Part shown: one piece after another, positions 30,540 to 45,729 of the stretch
Layout: each line of letters starts with the position of its first letter
Numbering within the stretch: the stretch's first letter is position 1
Assembly: GCA_964016885.1 (NCBI GenBank)
Contig: OZ024742.1
Coordinates: forward strand, 346,704,001 to 346,768,000
Source of the DNA: Eledone cirrhosa
Taxonomy: Eukaryota
Direction: 5' to 3'
DNA length: 64,000 bases
The notes under the pieces: generated by a model
Told to the model about the DNA's origin: nothing
What the model saw: only the letters and a program-made list of their open reading frames with translations
Database searches by the model: none
Program-made: the position numbers and the translations under genes

Positions 30540-32160
30540 AATCCCACATTAAGATACTTGTAATATAAGCCTACATTAAGATACTTGTATTATAAGCCCA
30601 CATTAAGATACGTGTAATATAAGCCAACATTAAGATACTTGTAATATAAGCCTAAATTAAGATGCTCGTAATATAAGCCTCCATTAAGATACTTGTATTA
30701 TAAGCCTACATTAAGATACTTGTATTATAAGCCAACATTAAGATACTTGTAATATAAGCCTTCATTAAGATACTTGTAATATAAGTCTACATTAAGATAC
30801 TTGTAATATAAGCCTACATTAAGATACTTGTATTATAAGCCTACATTAAGATACTTGTATTATAAGCCCACATTAAGATACGTGTAATATAAGCCAACAT
30901 TAAGATACTTGTAATATAAGCCTAACTTAAGATACTCGTAATATAAGCCTCCATTAAGATACTTGTATTATAAGCCAACATTAAGATACTTGTATTATAA
31001 GCCCACATTAAGATACTTGTAATATAAGCCTTCATTAAGATACTTGTAATATAAGTCTACATTAAGATACTTGTAATATAAGCCTCCATTAAGATACTTG
31101 TATTATAAGCCTGCATTAAGATACTTGTATTATAAGCCTACATTAAGATACTTGTAATACAAGCCTACATTAAGATACTTATAATATAAGCCAACATTAA
31201 GATACTTGTAATATAATCTTACATTAAGATACTCGTAATATAAGCCTACATTAAGATACTTGTAATATAAGCCAACATTAAGATATTTGTATTATAAGCC
31301 TACATTAAGATACTTGTAATATAAGCCTACATTAAGATAATTGTATTATAATCCCACATTAAGATACTTGTAATATAAGCCTACATTAAGATACTTGTAT
31401 TATAAGCCCACATTAAGATACGTGTAATATAAGCCAACATTAAGATACTTGTAATATAAGCCTAAATTAAGATGCTCGTAATATAAGCCTCCATTAAGAT
31501 ACTTGTATTATAAGCCTACATTAAGATACTTGTATTATAAGCCAACATTAAGATACTTGTAATATAAGCCTTCATTAAGATACTTGTAATATAAGTCTAC
31601 ATTAAGATACTTGTAATATAAGCCTACATTAAGATACTTGTATTATAAGCCTACATTAAGATACTTGTATTATAAGCCCACATTAAGATACGTGTAATAT
31701 AAGCCAACATTAAGATACTTGTAATATAAGCCTAACTTAAGATACTCGTAATATAAGCCTCCATTAAGATACTTGTATTATAAGCCAACATTAAGATACT
31801 TGTATTATAAGCCCACATTAAGATACTTGTAATATAAGCCTTCATTAAGATACTTGTAATATAAGTCTACATTAAGATACTTGTAATATAAGCCTCCATT
31901 AAGATACTTGTATTATAAGCCTGCATTAAGATACTTGTATTATAAGCCTACATTAAGATACTTGTAATACAAGCCTACATTAAGATACTTATAATATAAG
32001 CCAACATTAAGATACTTGTAATATAATCTTACATTAAGATACTCGTAATATAAGCCTACATTAAGATACTTGTAATATAAGCCAACATTAAGATATTTGT
32101 ATTATAAGCCTACATTAAGATACTTGTAATATAAGCCTACATTAAGATAATTGTATTATA
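30540..32160. repeat. Tandem duplication of a 30-monomer (810-bp) block
   Basis: CTTGTAATAC at 31151/31961. The AATCTTAC and CCTAACTT markers repeat at offset 810. Confidence 0.9.
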
Positions 32161-35100
32161 AGCCTCCATTAAGATACTTGTATTATAAGCCAACATTAAG
32201 ATACTTGTATTATAAGCCTACATTAAGATACTTGTAGTATAAGCCAACATTAAGATACTTGTAATATAAGCCTTCATTAAGATACTTGTAATATAAGTCT
32301 ACATTAAGATACTTGTAATATAAGCCTATATTAAGATACTTGTATTATAAGCCTACATTAAGATACTTGTATTATAAGCCTACATTAAGATACTTGTAAT
32401 ATAAGCCAACATTAAGATACTTGTAATATAAGCCAACATTAAGATACTTGTATTATAAGCCTACATTAAGATACTTGTAATATAAGCCTACATTAAGATA
32501 CTTGTAATATAATCCTACATTAAGATACATGTATTATAAGCCTTCATTAAGATACTTGTAATATAAGCCTACTTTAAGATACTTGTATTATAAGCCTACA
32601 TTAAGATACTTGTATTATAAGCCCACATTAAGACACTTGTAATATAAGCCTACATTAAGATACTTGTATTATAAGTCTACATTAAGATACTTGTAATATA
32701 AGCCCGCATTAAGATACTTGTATTATAAGCCTAAATTAAGATACTTGTAATATAAGCCTACATTAAGATACTTGTATTATAACCCTACATTAAGATACTT
32801 GCATTATAAGTCCACATTAAGATACTTGTAATATAAGCCTACATTAAGATACTTGTAATATAAGCTTACATTAAGATACTTGTAATATAAGCCTAAATTA
32901 AGATACTTGTATTATAAGCCCACATTAAGATACTTGTATTATAAGCCAATATTAAGATACTTGTATTATAATCCCACATTAAGATACTTGTAATATAAGC
33001 TTACATTAAGATACTTGTATTATAAGCCCACATTAAGATACTTGTATTATAATCCCACATTAAGATACTTGTAATATAAGCCTACATTAAGATACTTGTA
33101 TTATAAGCCAACATTAAGATACGTGTAATATAAGCCAACATTAAGATACTTGTATTATAAGCCTAAATTAAGATGCTCGTAATATAAGCCTCCATTAAGA
33201 TACTTGTATTATAAGCCTACATTAAGATACTTGTATTATAAGCCAACATTAAGATACTTGTAATATAAGCCTTCATTAAGATACTTGTAATATAAGTCTA
33301 CATTAAGATACTTGTAATATAAGCCTACATTACGATACTTGTATTATAAGCCTACATTAAGATACTTGTATTATAAGCCTACATTAAGATACTTGTAATA
33401 TAAGCCAACATTAAGATACTTGTAATATAAGCCAACATTAAGATACTTGTATTATAAGCCTACATTAAGATACTTGTAATATAAGCCCACATTAAGATAC
33501 TTGTAATATAAGCCTACATTAAGATACGTGTAATATAAGCCTACATTAAGATACTTGTAATATAAGCCTACATTAAGATACATGTATTATAAGCCTTCAT
33601 TAAGATACTTGTAATATAAGCCTACTTTAAGATACTTGTATTATAAGCACACATTCAGATACTTGTATTATAAGCCTACATTAAGATACTTGTAATATAA
33701 GCCAACATTAAGATACTTGTAATATAAGTCTACATTAAGATACTCGTAATATAAGCCTACATTAAGATGCTTGTAATATAAGCCTACATTAAGATACTTG
33801 TAATATAATCCTACATTAAGATACTTGTAATATAAGCCTACATTAAGATACTCGTAATATAAGCCTACATTAAGATACTTGTATTATAAGCCTACATTAA
33901 GATACTTGTAATATAATCCCACATTAAGATACTTGTATTATAAGCCTTCATTAAGATACTTGTAATATAAGCCTACATTAAGATACTTGTATTATAAGCC
34001 TACATTGAGATACTTGTATTATAAGCCCACATTAAGACACTTGTAATATAAGCCAACATTAAGATACTTGTAATATAAGCCTCCATTAAGATACTTGTAT
34101 TATAAGCCTACATTAAGATACTTGTAATATAAGCCTACATTAAGATACTTGTATTATAAGCCTTCATTAAGATACTTGTAATATAAGCCTACATTAAGAT
34201 ACTTGTATTATAAGCCTTCATTGAGATACTTGTATTATAAGCCAACATTAAGACACTTGTAATATAAGCCTACATTAAGATACTTGTATTATAAGTCTAC
34301 ATTAAGAGACTTGTAATATAAGCCGACATTAAGATACTTGTATTATAAGCCTACATTAAGATACTTGTAATATAAGCCTACATTAAGATACTTGTATTAT
34401 AAGCCTACATTAAGATACTTGCATTATAAGCCCACATTAAGATACTTGTAATATAAGCCTACATTAAGATACTTGTATTATAATCCTACATTAAGATACT
34501 TGTATTATAAGCCCACATTAAGATACTTGTAATATAATCCCACATTAAGATACTTGTAATATAATCCCACGTTAAGATACGTGTAAAATAAGCCAACATT
34601 AAGATACTTGTAATATAAGCCTACATTAAGATACTCGTAATATAAGCCTACATTAAGATACTTGTAATATAAGCCAACATTAAGATACTTGTAATATAAG
34701 CCCACATTAAGATACTTGTAATATAAGCCAACATTAAGATACTTGTATTATAAGCCTACATTAAGATATTTGTATTATAAGCCTACATTAAGATACTTGT
34801 AATATAAGCCTACATTAAGATAATTGTATTATAAGCCTACATTAAGATACTTGTAATATAAGCCTAAATTAAGATACTTGTATTATAAGCCCACATTAAG
34901 ATACTTGTAATATAAGCCAACATTAAGATACTTGTATTATAAGCCTACATTAAGATACTTGGAATATAAGCCTACATTAAGATACTTGTATTATAAGCCA
35001 ATATTAAGATACTTGTATTATAATCCCACATTAAGATACTTGTAATATAAGCTTACATTAAGATACTTGTATTATAAGCCCACATTAAGATACTTGTATT

Positions 35101-38100
35101 ATAATCCCACATTAAGATACTTGTAATATAAGCCTACATTAAGATACTTGTATTATAAGCCCACATTAAGATACGTGTAATATAAGCCAACATTAAGATA
35201 CTTGTAATATAAGCCTAAATTAAGATGCTCGTAATATAAGCCTCCATTAAGATACTTGTATTATAAGCCTACATTAAGATACTTGTATTATAAGCCAACA
35301 TTAAGATACTTGTAATATAAGCCTTCATTAAGATACTTGTAATATAAGTCTACATTAAGATACTTGTAATATAAGCCTACATAAAGATACTTGTATTATA
35401 AGCCTACATTAAGATACTTGTATTATAAGCCTACATTAAGATACTTGTAATATAAGCCAACATTAAGATACTTGTAATATAAGCCAACATTAAGATACTT
35501 GTATTATAAGCCTACATTAAGATACTTGTAATATAAGCCCACATTAAGATACTTGTAATATAAGCCTACATTAAGATACGTGTAATATAAGCCTACATTA
35601 AGATACTTGTAATATAAGCCTACATTAAGATACATGTAATATAAGCCTTCATTAAGATACTTGTAATATAAGCCTACTTTAAGATACTTGTATTATAAGC
35701 CTACATTAAGATACTTGTATTATAAGCACACATTAAGACACTTGTAATATAAGCCTACATTAAGATACTTGTATTATAAGTCTACATTAAGATACTTGTA
35801 ATATAAGCCCGCATTAAGATACTTGTATTATAAGCCTAAATTAAGATACTTGTAATATAAGACTACATTAAGATACTTGTATTATAACCCTACATTAAGA
35901 TACTTGCATTATAAGTCCACATTAAGATACTTGTAATATAAGCCTACATTAAGATACTTGTATTATAAGCCTACATTAAGATACTTGTATTATAAGCCCA
36001 CATTAAGATACTTGTAATATAATCTCACATTAAGATACTTGTAATATAATCCCACATTAAGATACTTGTTATATAATCCAACAATAAGATACTTGTAATA
36101 TAAGCCTACATTAAGATACTTGTAATATAATCCCACATTAAGATACTTGTAATATAAGCCTAGGTTAAGATACGTGTAATATAAGCCAACATTAAGATAC
36201 TTGTAATATAAGCCTACATTAAGATACTCGTAATATAAGCCTACATTAAGATACTTGTAATATAAGCCAACATTAAGATACTTGTATTATAAGCCTACAT
36301 TAAGATACTTGTAATATAAGCCGACATTAAGATACTTGTAATATATGCAAAAATTAAGATACTTGTAATATAAGCCCACATTAAGATACTTGTAATATAA
36401 GCCTTCATTAAGATACCTGTATTATAAACCTACATTAAGATACTTGTAATATAAGCCTAAATTAAGATAGTTGTATTATAAGCATACATTAAGATACTTG
36501 TATTATAATCCCACATTAAGATACTTGTATTATAATCCCACATTAAGATACTTGTAATATAAGCCTACATTAAGATACTTGTATTATAAGCCCACATTCA
36601 GATACTTGTATTATAAGCCCACATTAAGATACTTGTAATATAAGCCAACATTAAGATACTTGTAATATAAGTCTACATTAAGATACTCGTAATATAAGCC
36701 TACATTAAGATGCTTGTAATATAAGCCTACATTAAGATACTTGTAATATAATCCTACATTAAGATACTTGTAATATAAGCCTACATTAAGATACTCGTAA
36801 TATAAGCCTACATTAAGATACTTGTATTATAAGCCTACATTAAGATACTTGTAATATAATCCCACATTAAGATACTTGTATTATAAGCCTTCATTAAGAT
36901 ACTTGTAATATAAGCCTACATTAAGATACTTGTATTATAAGCCTACATTGAGATACTTCTATTATAAGCCCACATTAAGACACTTGTAATATAAGCCAAC
37001 ATTAAGATACTTGTAATATAAGCCTACATTAAGATACTTGTATTATAAGCCTACATTAAGATACTTGTAATATAAGCCTACATTAAGATACTTGTATTAT
37101 AAGCCCACATTAAAATACTTGTATTATAATCCCACATTAAGATACTTGTAATATAAGCCTACATTAAGATACTTGTATTATAAGCCCACATTAAGATACG
37201 TGTATTATAAGCCAACATTAAGATACTTGTAATATAAGCCTAAATTAAGATACTCGTAATATAAGCCTCCATTAAGATACTTTTATTATAAGCCTACATT
37301 AAGATACTTGTATTATAAGCCCACATTAAGATACTTGTAATATAAGCCTTCATTAAGATACTTGTAATATAAGTCTACATTAAGATACTTGTAATATAAG
37401 CCTACATTAAGATACTTGTATTATAAGCCTACATTAAGATACTTGTAATATAAGCCGACATTAAGACACTTGTAATATAAGCGAAAATTAAGATACTTGT
37501 AATATAAGCCCACATTAAGATACTTGTAATATAAGCCTTCATTAAGATACTTGTATTATAAGCCTACATTAAGATACTTGTATTATAAGCCTACATTAAG
37601 ATACTTGTATTATAAGCCTACATTAAGATACTTGTAATATAAGCCTAAATTAAGATAGTTGTATTATAAGCATACATTAAGATACTTGTATTATAAGCCG
37701 ACATTAAGATACTTGTAATATAAGCCAACATTAAGATACTTGTATTATAAGCCTACATTAAGATACTTGTAATATAAGCCTCCATTAAGATACTTGTATT
37801 ATAAGCCTACATTAAGATACTTGTATTATAAGCCCACATTAAGATACTTGTAATATAAGCCAACATTAAGATACTTGTATTATAAGCCTACATTAAGATA
37901 CTTGTAATATAAGCCTCCATTAAGATACTTGTATTATAAGCCTACATTAAGATACTTGTATTATAAGCCAACATTAAGATACTTGTAATATAAGGCTTCA
38001 TTAAGATACTTGTAATATAAGTCTACATTAAGATACTTGTAATATAAGCCTACATTAAGATACTTGTATTATAAGCCTACATTAAGATACTTGTATTATA

Positions 38101-41100
38101 AGCCTACATTAAGATACTTGTAATATAAGCCTACATTTAGATACTTGTAATATAAGCCAACATTAAGATACTTGTAATATAAGCCAACATTAAGATACTT
38201 GTATTATAAGCCTACATTAAGATACTTGTAATATAAGCTTACATTAAGATACTTGTAATATAAGCCTACATTAAGATACGTGTAATATAAGCCTACATTA
38301 AGATACTTGTAATATAAGCCTTCATTAAGATACATGTATTATAAGCCTTCATTAAGAAACTTGTAATATAAGCCTACATTAAGATACTTGTATTATAAGC
38401 CTACATTAAGATACTTGTATTATAAGCCCACATTAAGACACTTGTAATATAAGCCTACATTAAGATACTTGTATTATAAGTCTACATTATGATACTTGTA
38501 ATATAAGCCCACATTAAGATACTTGTATTATAAGCCTACATTAAGATACCTGTAATATAAGCCTACATTAAGATACTTGTATCATAAGCCTACATTAAGA
38601 TACTTGCATTATAAGTCCACATTAAGATACTTGTAATATAAGCCTACATTAAGATACTTGTATTATAAGCCTACATTAAGATACTTATATTATAAGCCAA
38701 CATTAAGATACTTGTAATATAATCCCACATTAAGATACTTGTAATATAATCCCACATTAAGATACTTGTTATATAATCCCACATTAAGATATTTGTAATA
38801 TAAGCCGACATTAAGATACTTGTAATATAAGCCAACATTAAGATACTTGTAATATAAGCCTACATTAAGATACTTGTAATATAAGCCTACATTAAGATAC
38901 TTGTATTATAAGCCTACATTAAGATACTTGTATTATAATCCCACATTAAGATACTTGTAATATAAGCCTACATTAAGATACTTGTATTATAAGCCCACAT
39001 TCAGATACTTGTATTATAAGCCCACATTAAGATACTTGTAATATAAGCCAACATTAAGATACTTGTAATATAAGTCTACATTAAGATACTCGTAATATAA
39101 GCCTACATTAAGATGCTTGTAATATAAGCCTACATTAAGATACTTGTAATATAATCCTACATTAAGATACTTGTAATATAAGCCTACATTAAGATACTCG
39201 TAATATAAGCCTACATTAAGATACTTGTATTATAAGCCTACATTAAGATACTTGTAATATAATCCCACATTAAGATACTTGTATTATAAGCCTTCATTAA
39301 GATACTTGTAATATAAGCCTACATTAAGATACTTGTATTATAAGCCTACATTGAGATACTTCTATTATAAGCCCACATTAAGACACTTGTAATATAAGCC
39401 AACATTAAGATACTTGTAATATAAGCCTACATTAAGATACTTGTATTATAAGCCTACATTAAGATACTTGTAATATAAGCCTACATTAAGGTACTTGTAT
39501 TATAAGCCCACATTAAAATACTTGTATTATAAGCCCACATTAAGATACTTGTAATATAAGCCTACATTAAGATACTTGTATTATAAGCCCACATTAAGAT
39601 ACGTGTAATATAAGCCAACATTAAGATACTTGTAATATAAGCCTAAATTAAGATACTCGTAATATAAGCCTCCATTAAGATACTTTTATTATAAGCCTAC
39701 ATTAAGATACTTGTATTATAAGCCCACATTAAGATACTTGTAATATAAGCCTTCATTAAGATACTTGTAATATAAGTCTACATTAAGATACTTGTAATAT
39801 AAGCCTACATTAAGATACTTGTATTATAAGCCTACATTAAGATACTTGTAATATAAGCCGACATTAAGACACTTGTAATATAAGCGAAAATTAAGATACT
39901 TGTAATATAAGCCCACATTAAGATACTTGTAATATAAGCCTTCATTAAGATACTTGTATTATAAGCCTACATTAAGATACTTGTATTATAAGCCTACATT
40001 AAGATACTTGTATTATAAGCCTACATTAAGATACTTGTAATATAAGCCTAAATTAAGATAGTTGTATTATAAGCATACATTAAGATACTTGTATTATAAG
40101 CCGACATTAAGATACTTGTAATATAAGCCAACATTAAGATACTTGTATTATAAGCCTACATTAAGATACTTGTAATATAAGCCTCCATTAAGATACTTGT
40201 ATTATAAGCCTACATTAAGATACTTGTATTATAAGCCCACATTAAGATACTTGTAATATAAGCCAACATTAAGATACTTGTATTATAAGCCTACATTAAG
40301 ATACTTGTAATATAAGCCTCCATTAAGATACTTGTATTATAAGCCTACATTAAGATACTTGTATTATAAGCCCACATTAAGATACTTGTAATATAAGCCT
40401 TCATTAAGATACTTGTAATATAAGTCTACATTAAGATACTTGTAATATAAGCCTACATTAAGATACTTGTATTATAAGCCTACATTAAGATACTTGTATT
40501 ATAAGCCTACATTAAGATACTTGTAATATAAGCCTACATTTAGATACTTGTAATATAAGCCAACATTAAGATACTTGTAATATAAGCCAACATTAAGATA
40601 CTTGTATTATAAGCCTACATTAAGATACTTGTAATATAAGCTTACATTAAGATACTTGTAATATAAGCCTACATTAAGATACGTGTAATATAAGCCTACA
40701 TTAAGATACTTGTAATATAAGCCTACATTAAGATACTTGTAATATAAGCCTACATTAAGATACTTGTATTATAAGCCTACATTAAGATACTTGTAATATA
40801 AGCCTACATTAAGATACTTGTATCATAAGCCTATATTAAGATACTTGCATTATAAGTCCACATTAAGATACTTGTAATATAAGCCTACATTAAGATACTT
40901 GTATTATAAGCCTACATTAAGATACTTATATTATAAGCCAACATTAAGATACTTGTAATATAATCCCACATTAAGATACTTGTAATATAATCCCACATTA
41001 AGATACTTGTTATATAATCCCACATTAAGATACTTGTAATATAAGCCTACATTAAGATACTTGTAATATAATCCAACATTAAGATACTTGTAATATAAGC

Positions 41101-44100
41101 CTAGGTTAATATACGTGTAATATAAGCCAACATTAATATACTTGTATTATAAGCCTACATTAAGATACTTGTAATATAAGCCTACATTAAGATACTTGTA
41201 ATATAAGCCTACATTAAGATACGTGTAATATAAGCCTACATTAAGATACTTGTAATATAAGCCTTCATTAAGATACATGTAGTATAAGCCTTCATTAAGA
41301 AACTTGTAATATAAGCCTACATTAAGATACTTGTATTATAAGCCTACATTAAGATACTTGTATTATAAGCCCGCATTAAGATACGTGTAATATAAGCCAA
41401 CATTAAGATACTTGTAATATAAGCCTAACTTAAGATACTCGTAATATAAGCCTCAATTAAGATACTTGTATTATAAGCCAACATTAAGATACTTGTATTA
41501 TAAGCCCACATTAAGATACTTGTAATATAAGCCTTCATTAAGATACTTGTAATATAAGTCTACATTAAGATACTTGTAATATAAGCCTCCATTAAGATAC
41601 TTGTATTATAAGCCTGCATTAAGATACTTGTATTATAAGCCTACATTAAGATACTTGTAATATAAGCCTACATTAAGATACGTGTAAAATAAGCCAACAT
41701 TAAGATACTTGTAATATAAGCTTACATTAAGATACTCGTAATATAAGCCTACATTAAGATACTTGTAATATAAGCCAACATTAAGATATTTGTATTATAA
41801 GCCTACATTAAGATACTTGTAATATAAGCCTACATTAAGATAATTGTATTATAAGCCTACATTAAGATACTTGTAATATAAACCTAAATTAAGATACTTG
41901 TATTATAAGCCCACATTAAGATACTTGTAATATAAGCCAACATTAAGATACTTGTATTATAAGCCTACATTAAGATACTTGGAATATAAGCCTTCATTAA
42001 GATACTTGTATTATAAGCCAACATTAAGATACTTGTATTATAATCCCACATTAAGATACTTGTAATATAAGCCTACATTAAGATACTTGTATTATAAGCC
42101 CATATTAAGATACTTGTAATATAAGCCTACATTAAGATACTTGTATTATAAGCCCACATTAAGATACTTGTAATATAAGCCTACATTAAAATACTTGTAT
42201 TATAAGCCCACATTAAGATACTTGTAATATAAGCCTACATTAAGATACTTGTATTATAAGCCCACATTAAGATACGTGTAATATAAGCCAACATTAAGAT
42301 ACTTGTAATATAAGCCTAAATTAAGATACTCGTAATATAAGCCTCCATTAAGATACTTTTATTATAAGCCTACATTAAGATACTTGTATTATAAGCCCAC
42401 ATTAAGATACTTGTAATATAAGCCTTCATTAAGATACTTGTAATATAAGTCTACATTAAGATACTTGTAATATAAGCCTACATTAAGATACTTGTATTAT
42501 AAGCCTACATTAAGATACTTGTAATATAAGCCGACATTAAGACACTTGTAATATAAGCGAAAATTAAGATACTTGTAATATAAGCCCACATTAAGATACT
42601 TGTAATATAAGCCTTCATTAAGATACTTGTATTATAAGCCTACATTAAGATACTTGTAATATAAGCCTACATTAAGATACTTGTATTATAAGCCTACATT
42701 AAGATACTTGTAATATAAGCCTAAATTAAGATAGTTGTATTATAAGCATACATTAAGATACTTGTATTATAAGCCGACATTAAGATACTTGTAATATAAG
42801 CCAACATTAAGATACTTGTATTATAAGCCTACATTAAGATACTTGTAATATAAGCCTCCATTAAGATACTTGTATTATAAGCCTACATTAAGATACTTGT
42901 ATTATAAGCCCACATTAAGATACTTGTAATATAAGCCAACATTAAGATACTTGTATTATAAGCCTACATTAAGATACTTGTAATATAAGCCTCCATTAAG
43001 ATACTTGTATTATAAGCCTACATTAAGATACTTGTATTATAAGCCCACATTAAGATACTTGTAATATAAGCCTTCATTAAGATACTTGTAATATAAGTCT
43101 ACATTAAGATACTTGTATTATAAGCCCACATTAAGATACTTGTAATATAATCCCACATTAAGATACTTGTAATATAATCCCACGTTAAGATACGTGTAAA
43201 ATAAGCCAACATTAAGATACTTGTAATATAAGCCTACATTAAGATACTCGTAATATAAGCCTACATTAAGATACTTGTAATATAAGCCAACATTAAGATA
43301 CTTGTAATATAAGCCTACATTAAGATACTTGTAATATAAGCCAACATTAAGATACTTGTATTATAAGCCTACATTAAAATACTTGTAATATAAGCCGACA
43401 TTAAGATACTTGTAATATAAGCCTTCATTAAGATACTTATAATATAAGCCAACATTAAGATATTTGTATTATAAGCCTACATTAAGATACTTGTAATATA
43501 AGCCTACATTAAAATAATTGTATTATAAGCCTACATTAAGATACTTGTAATATAAGCCTAAATTAAGATACTTGTATTATAAGCCCACATTAAGATACTT
43601 GTAATATAAGCCAACATTAAGATACTTGTATTATAAGCCTACATTAAGATACTTGGAATATAAGCCTACATTAAGATACTTGTATTATAAGCCAATATTA
43701 AGATACTTGTAATATAAGCCTACATTAAGATACTTGTATTATAAGCCTACATTAAGATACTTGTAATATAAGCCTAAATTAAGATAGTTGTATTATAAGC
43801 ATACATTAAGATACTTGTATTATAAGCCTACATTAAGATACTTGTAATATAAGCCTAAATTAAGATAGTTGTATTATAAGCATACATTAAGATACTTGTA
43901 TTATAAGCCGACATTAAGATACTTGTATTATAAGCCCACATTAAGATACTTGTATTATAATCCCACATTAAGATACTTGTAATATAAGCCTACATTAAGA
44001 TACTTGTATTATAAGCCCACATTAAGATACGTGTAATATAAGCCAACATTAAGATACTTGTAATATAAGCCTAAATTAAGATGCTCGTAATATAAGCCTC

Positions 44101-45729
44101 CATTAAGATACTTGTATTATAAGCCTACATTAAGATACTTGTATTATAAGCCAACATTAAGATACTTGTAATATAAGCCTTCATTAAGATACTTGTAATA
44201 TAAGTCTACATTAAGATACTTGTAATATAAGCCTACATTAAGATACTTGTATTATAAGCCTACATTAAGATACTTGTATTATAAGCCCACATTAAGATAC
44301 GTGTAATATAAGCCAACATTAAGATACTTGTAATATAAGCCTAACTTAAGATACTCGTAATATAAGCCTCCATTAAGATACTTGTATTATAAGCCAACAT
44401 TAAGATACTTGTATTATAAGCCCACATTAAGATACTTGTAATATAAGCCTTCATTAAGATACTTGTAATATAAGTCTACATTAAGATACTTGTAATATAA
44501 GCCTCCATTAAGATACTTGTATTATAAGCCTGCATTAAGATACTTGTATTATAAGCCTACATTAAGATACTTGTAATACAAGCCTACATTAAGATACTTA
44601 TAATATAAGCCAACATTAAGATACTTGTAATATAATCTTACATTAAGATACTCGTAATATAAGCCTACATTAAGATACTTGTAATATAAGCCAACATTAA
44701 GATATTTGTATTATAAGCCTACATTAAGATACTTGTAATATAAGCCTACATTAAGATAATTGTATTATAAGCCTACATTAAGATACTTGTAATATAAACC
44801 TAAATTAAGATACTTGTATTATAAGCCTACATTAAGATACTTGGAATATAAGCCTTCATTAAGATACTTGTATTATAAGCCAACATTAAGATACTTGTAT
44901 TATAATCCCACATTAAGATACTTGTAATATAAGCCTACATTAAGATACTTGTATTATAAGCCCACATTAAGATACTTGTAATATAAGCCTACATTAAGAT
45001 ACTTGTATTATAAGCCCACATTAAGATACTTGTAATATAATCCTACATTAAAATACTTGTATTATAAGCCCACATTAAGATACTTGTAATATAAGCCTAC
45101 ATTAAGATACTTGTATTATAAGCCCACATTAAGATACGTGTAATATAAGCCAACATTAAGATACTTGTAATATAAGCCTAAATTAAGATACTCGTAATAT
45201 AAGCCTCCATTAAGATACTTTTATTATAAGCCTACATTAAGATACTTGTATTATAAGCCCACATTAAGATACTTGTAATATAAGCCTTCATTAAGATACT
45301 TGTAATATAAGTCTACATTAAGATACTTGTAATATAAGCCTACATTAAGATACTTGTATTATAAGCCTACATTAAGATACTTGTAATATAAGCCGACATT
45401 AAGACACTTGTAATATAAGCGAAAATTAAGATACTTGTAATATAAGCCCACATTAAGATACTTGTAATATAAGCCTTCATTAAGATACTTGTATTATAAG
45501 CCTACATTAAGATACTTGTAATATAAGCCTACATTAAGATACTTGTATTATAAGCCTACATTAAGATACTTGTAATATAAGCCTAAATTAAGATAGTTGT
45601 ATTATAAGCATATATTAAGATACTTGTATTATAAGCCGACATTAAGATACTTGTAATATAAGCCAACATTAAGATACTTGTATTATAAGCCTACATTAAG
45701 ATACTTGTAATATAAGCCTCCATTAAGAT

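Larger units (their letters stand above)
13500..44770. repeat. Large duplication within the array: about 13500-31350 vs 32210-44770
   Basis: Colinear rare markers: GTAGTATA 13521/32232 (offset 18711), AAGGCTTC 19391 and 21443/37994 (18603, 16551), CCTCAATT 24901 and 28033/41452 (16551, 13419), TAATACAAG 31152/44571 (13419). All offsets are multiples of 27. Confidence 0.88.
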
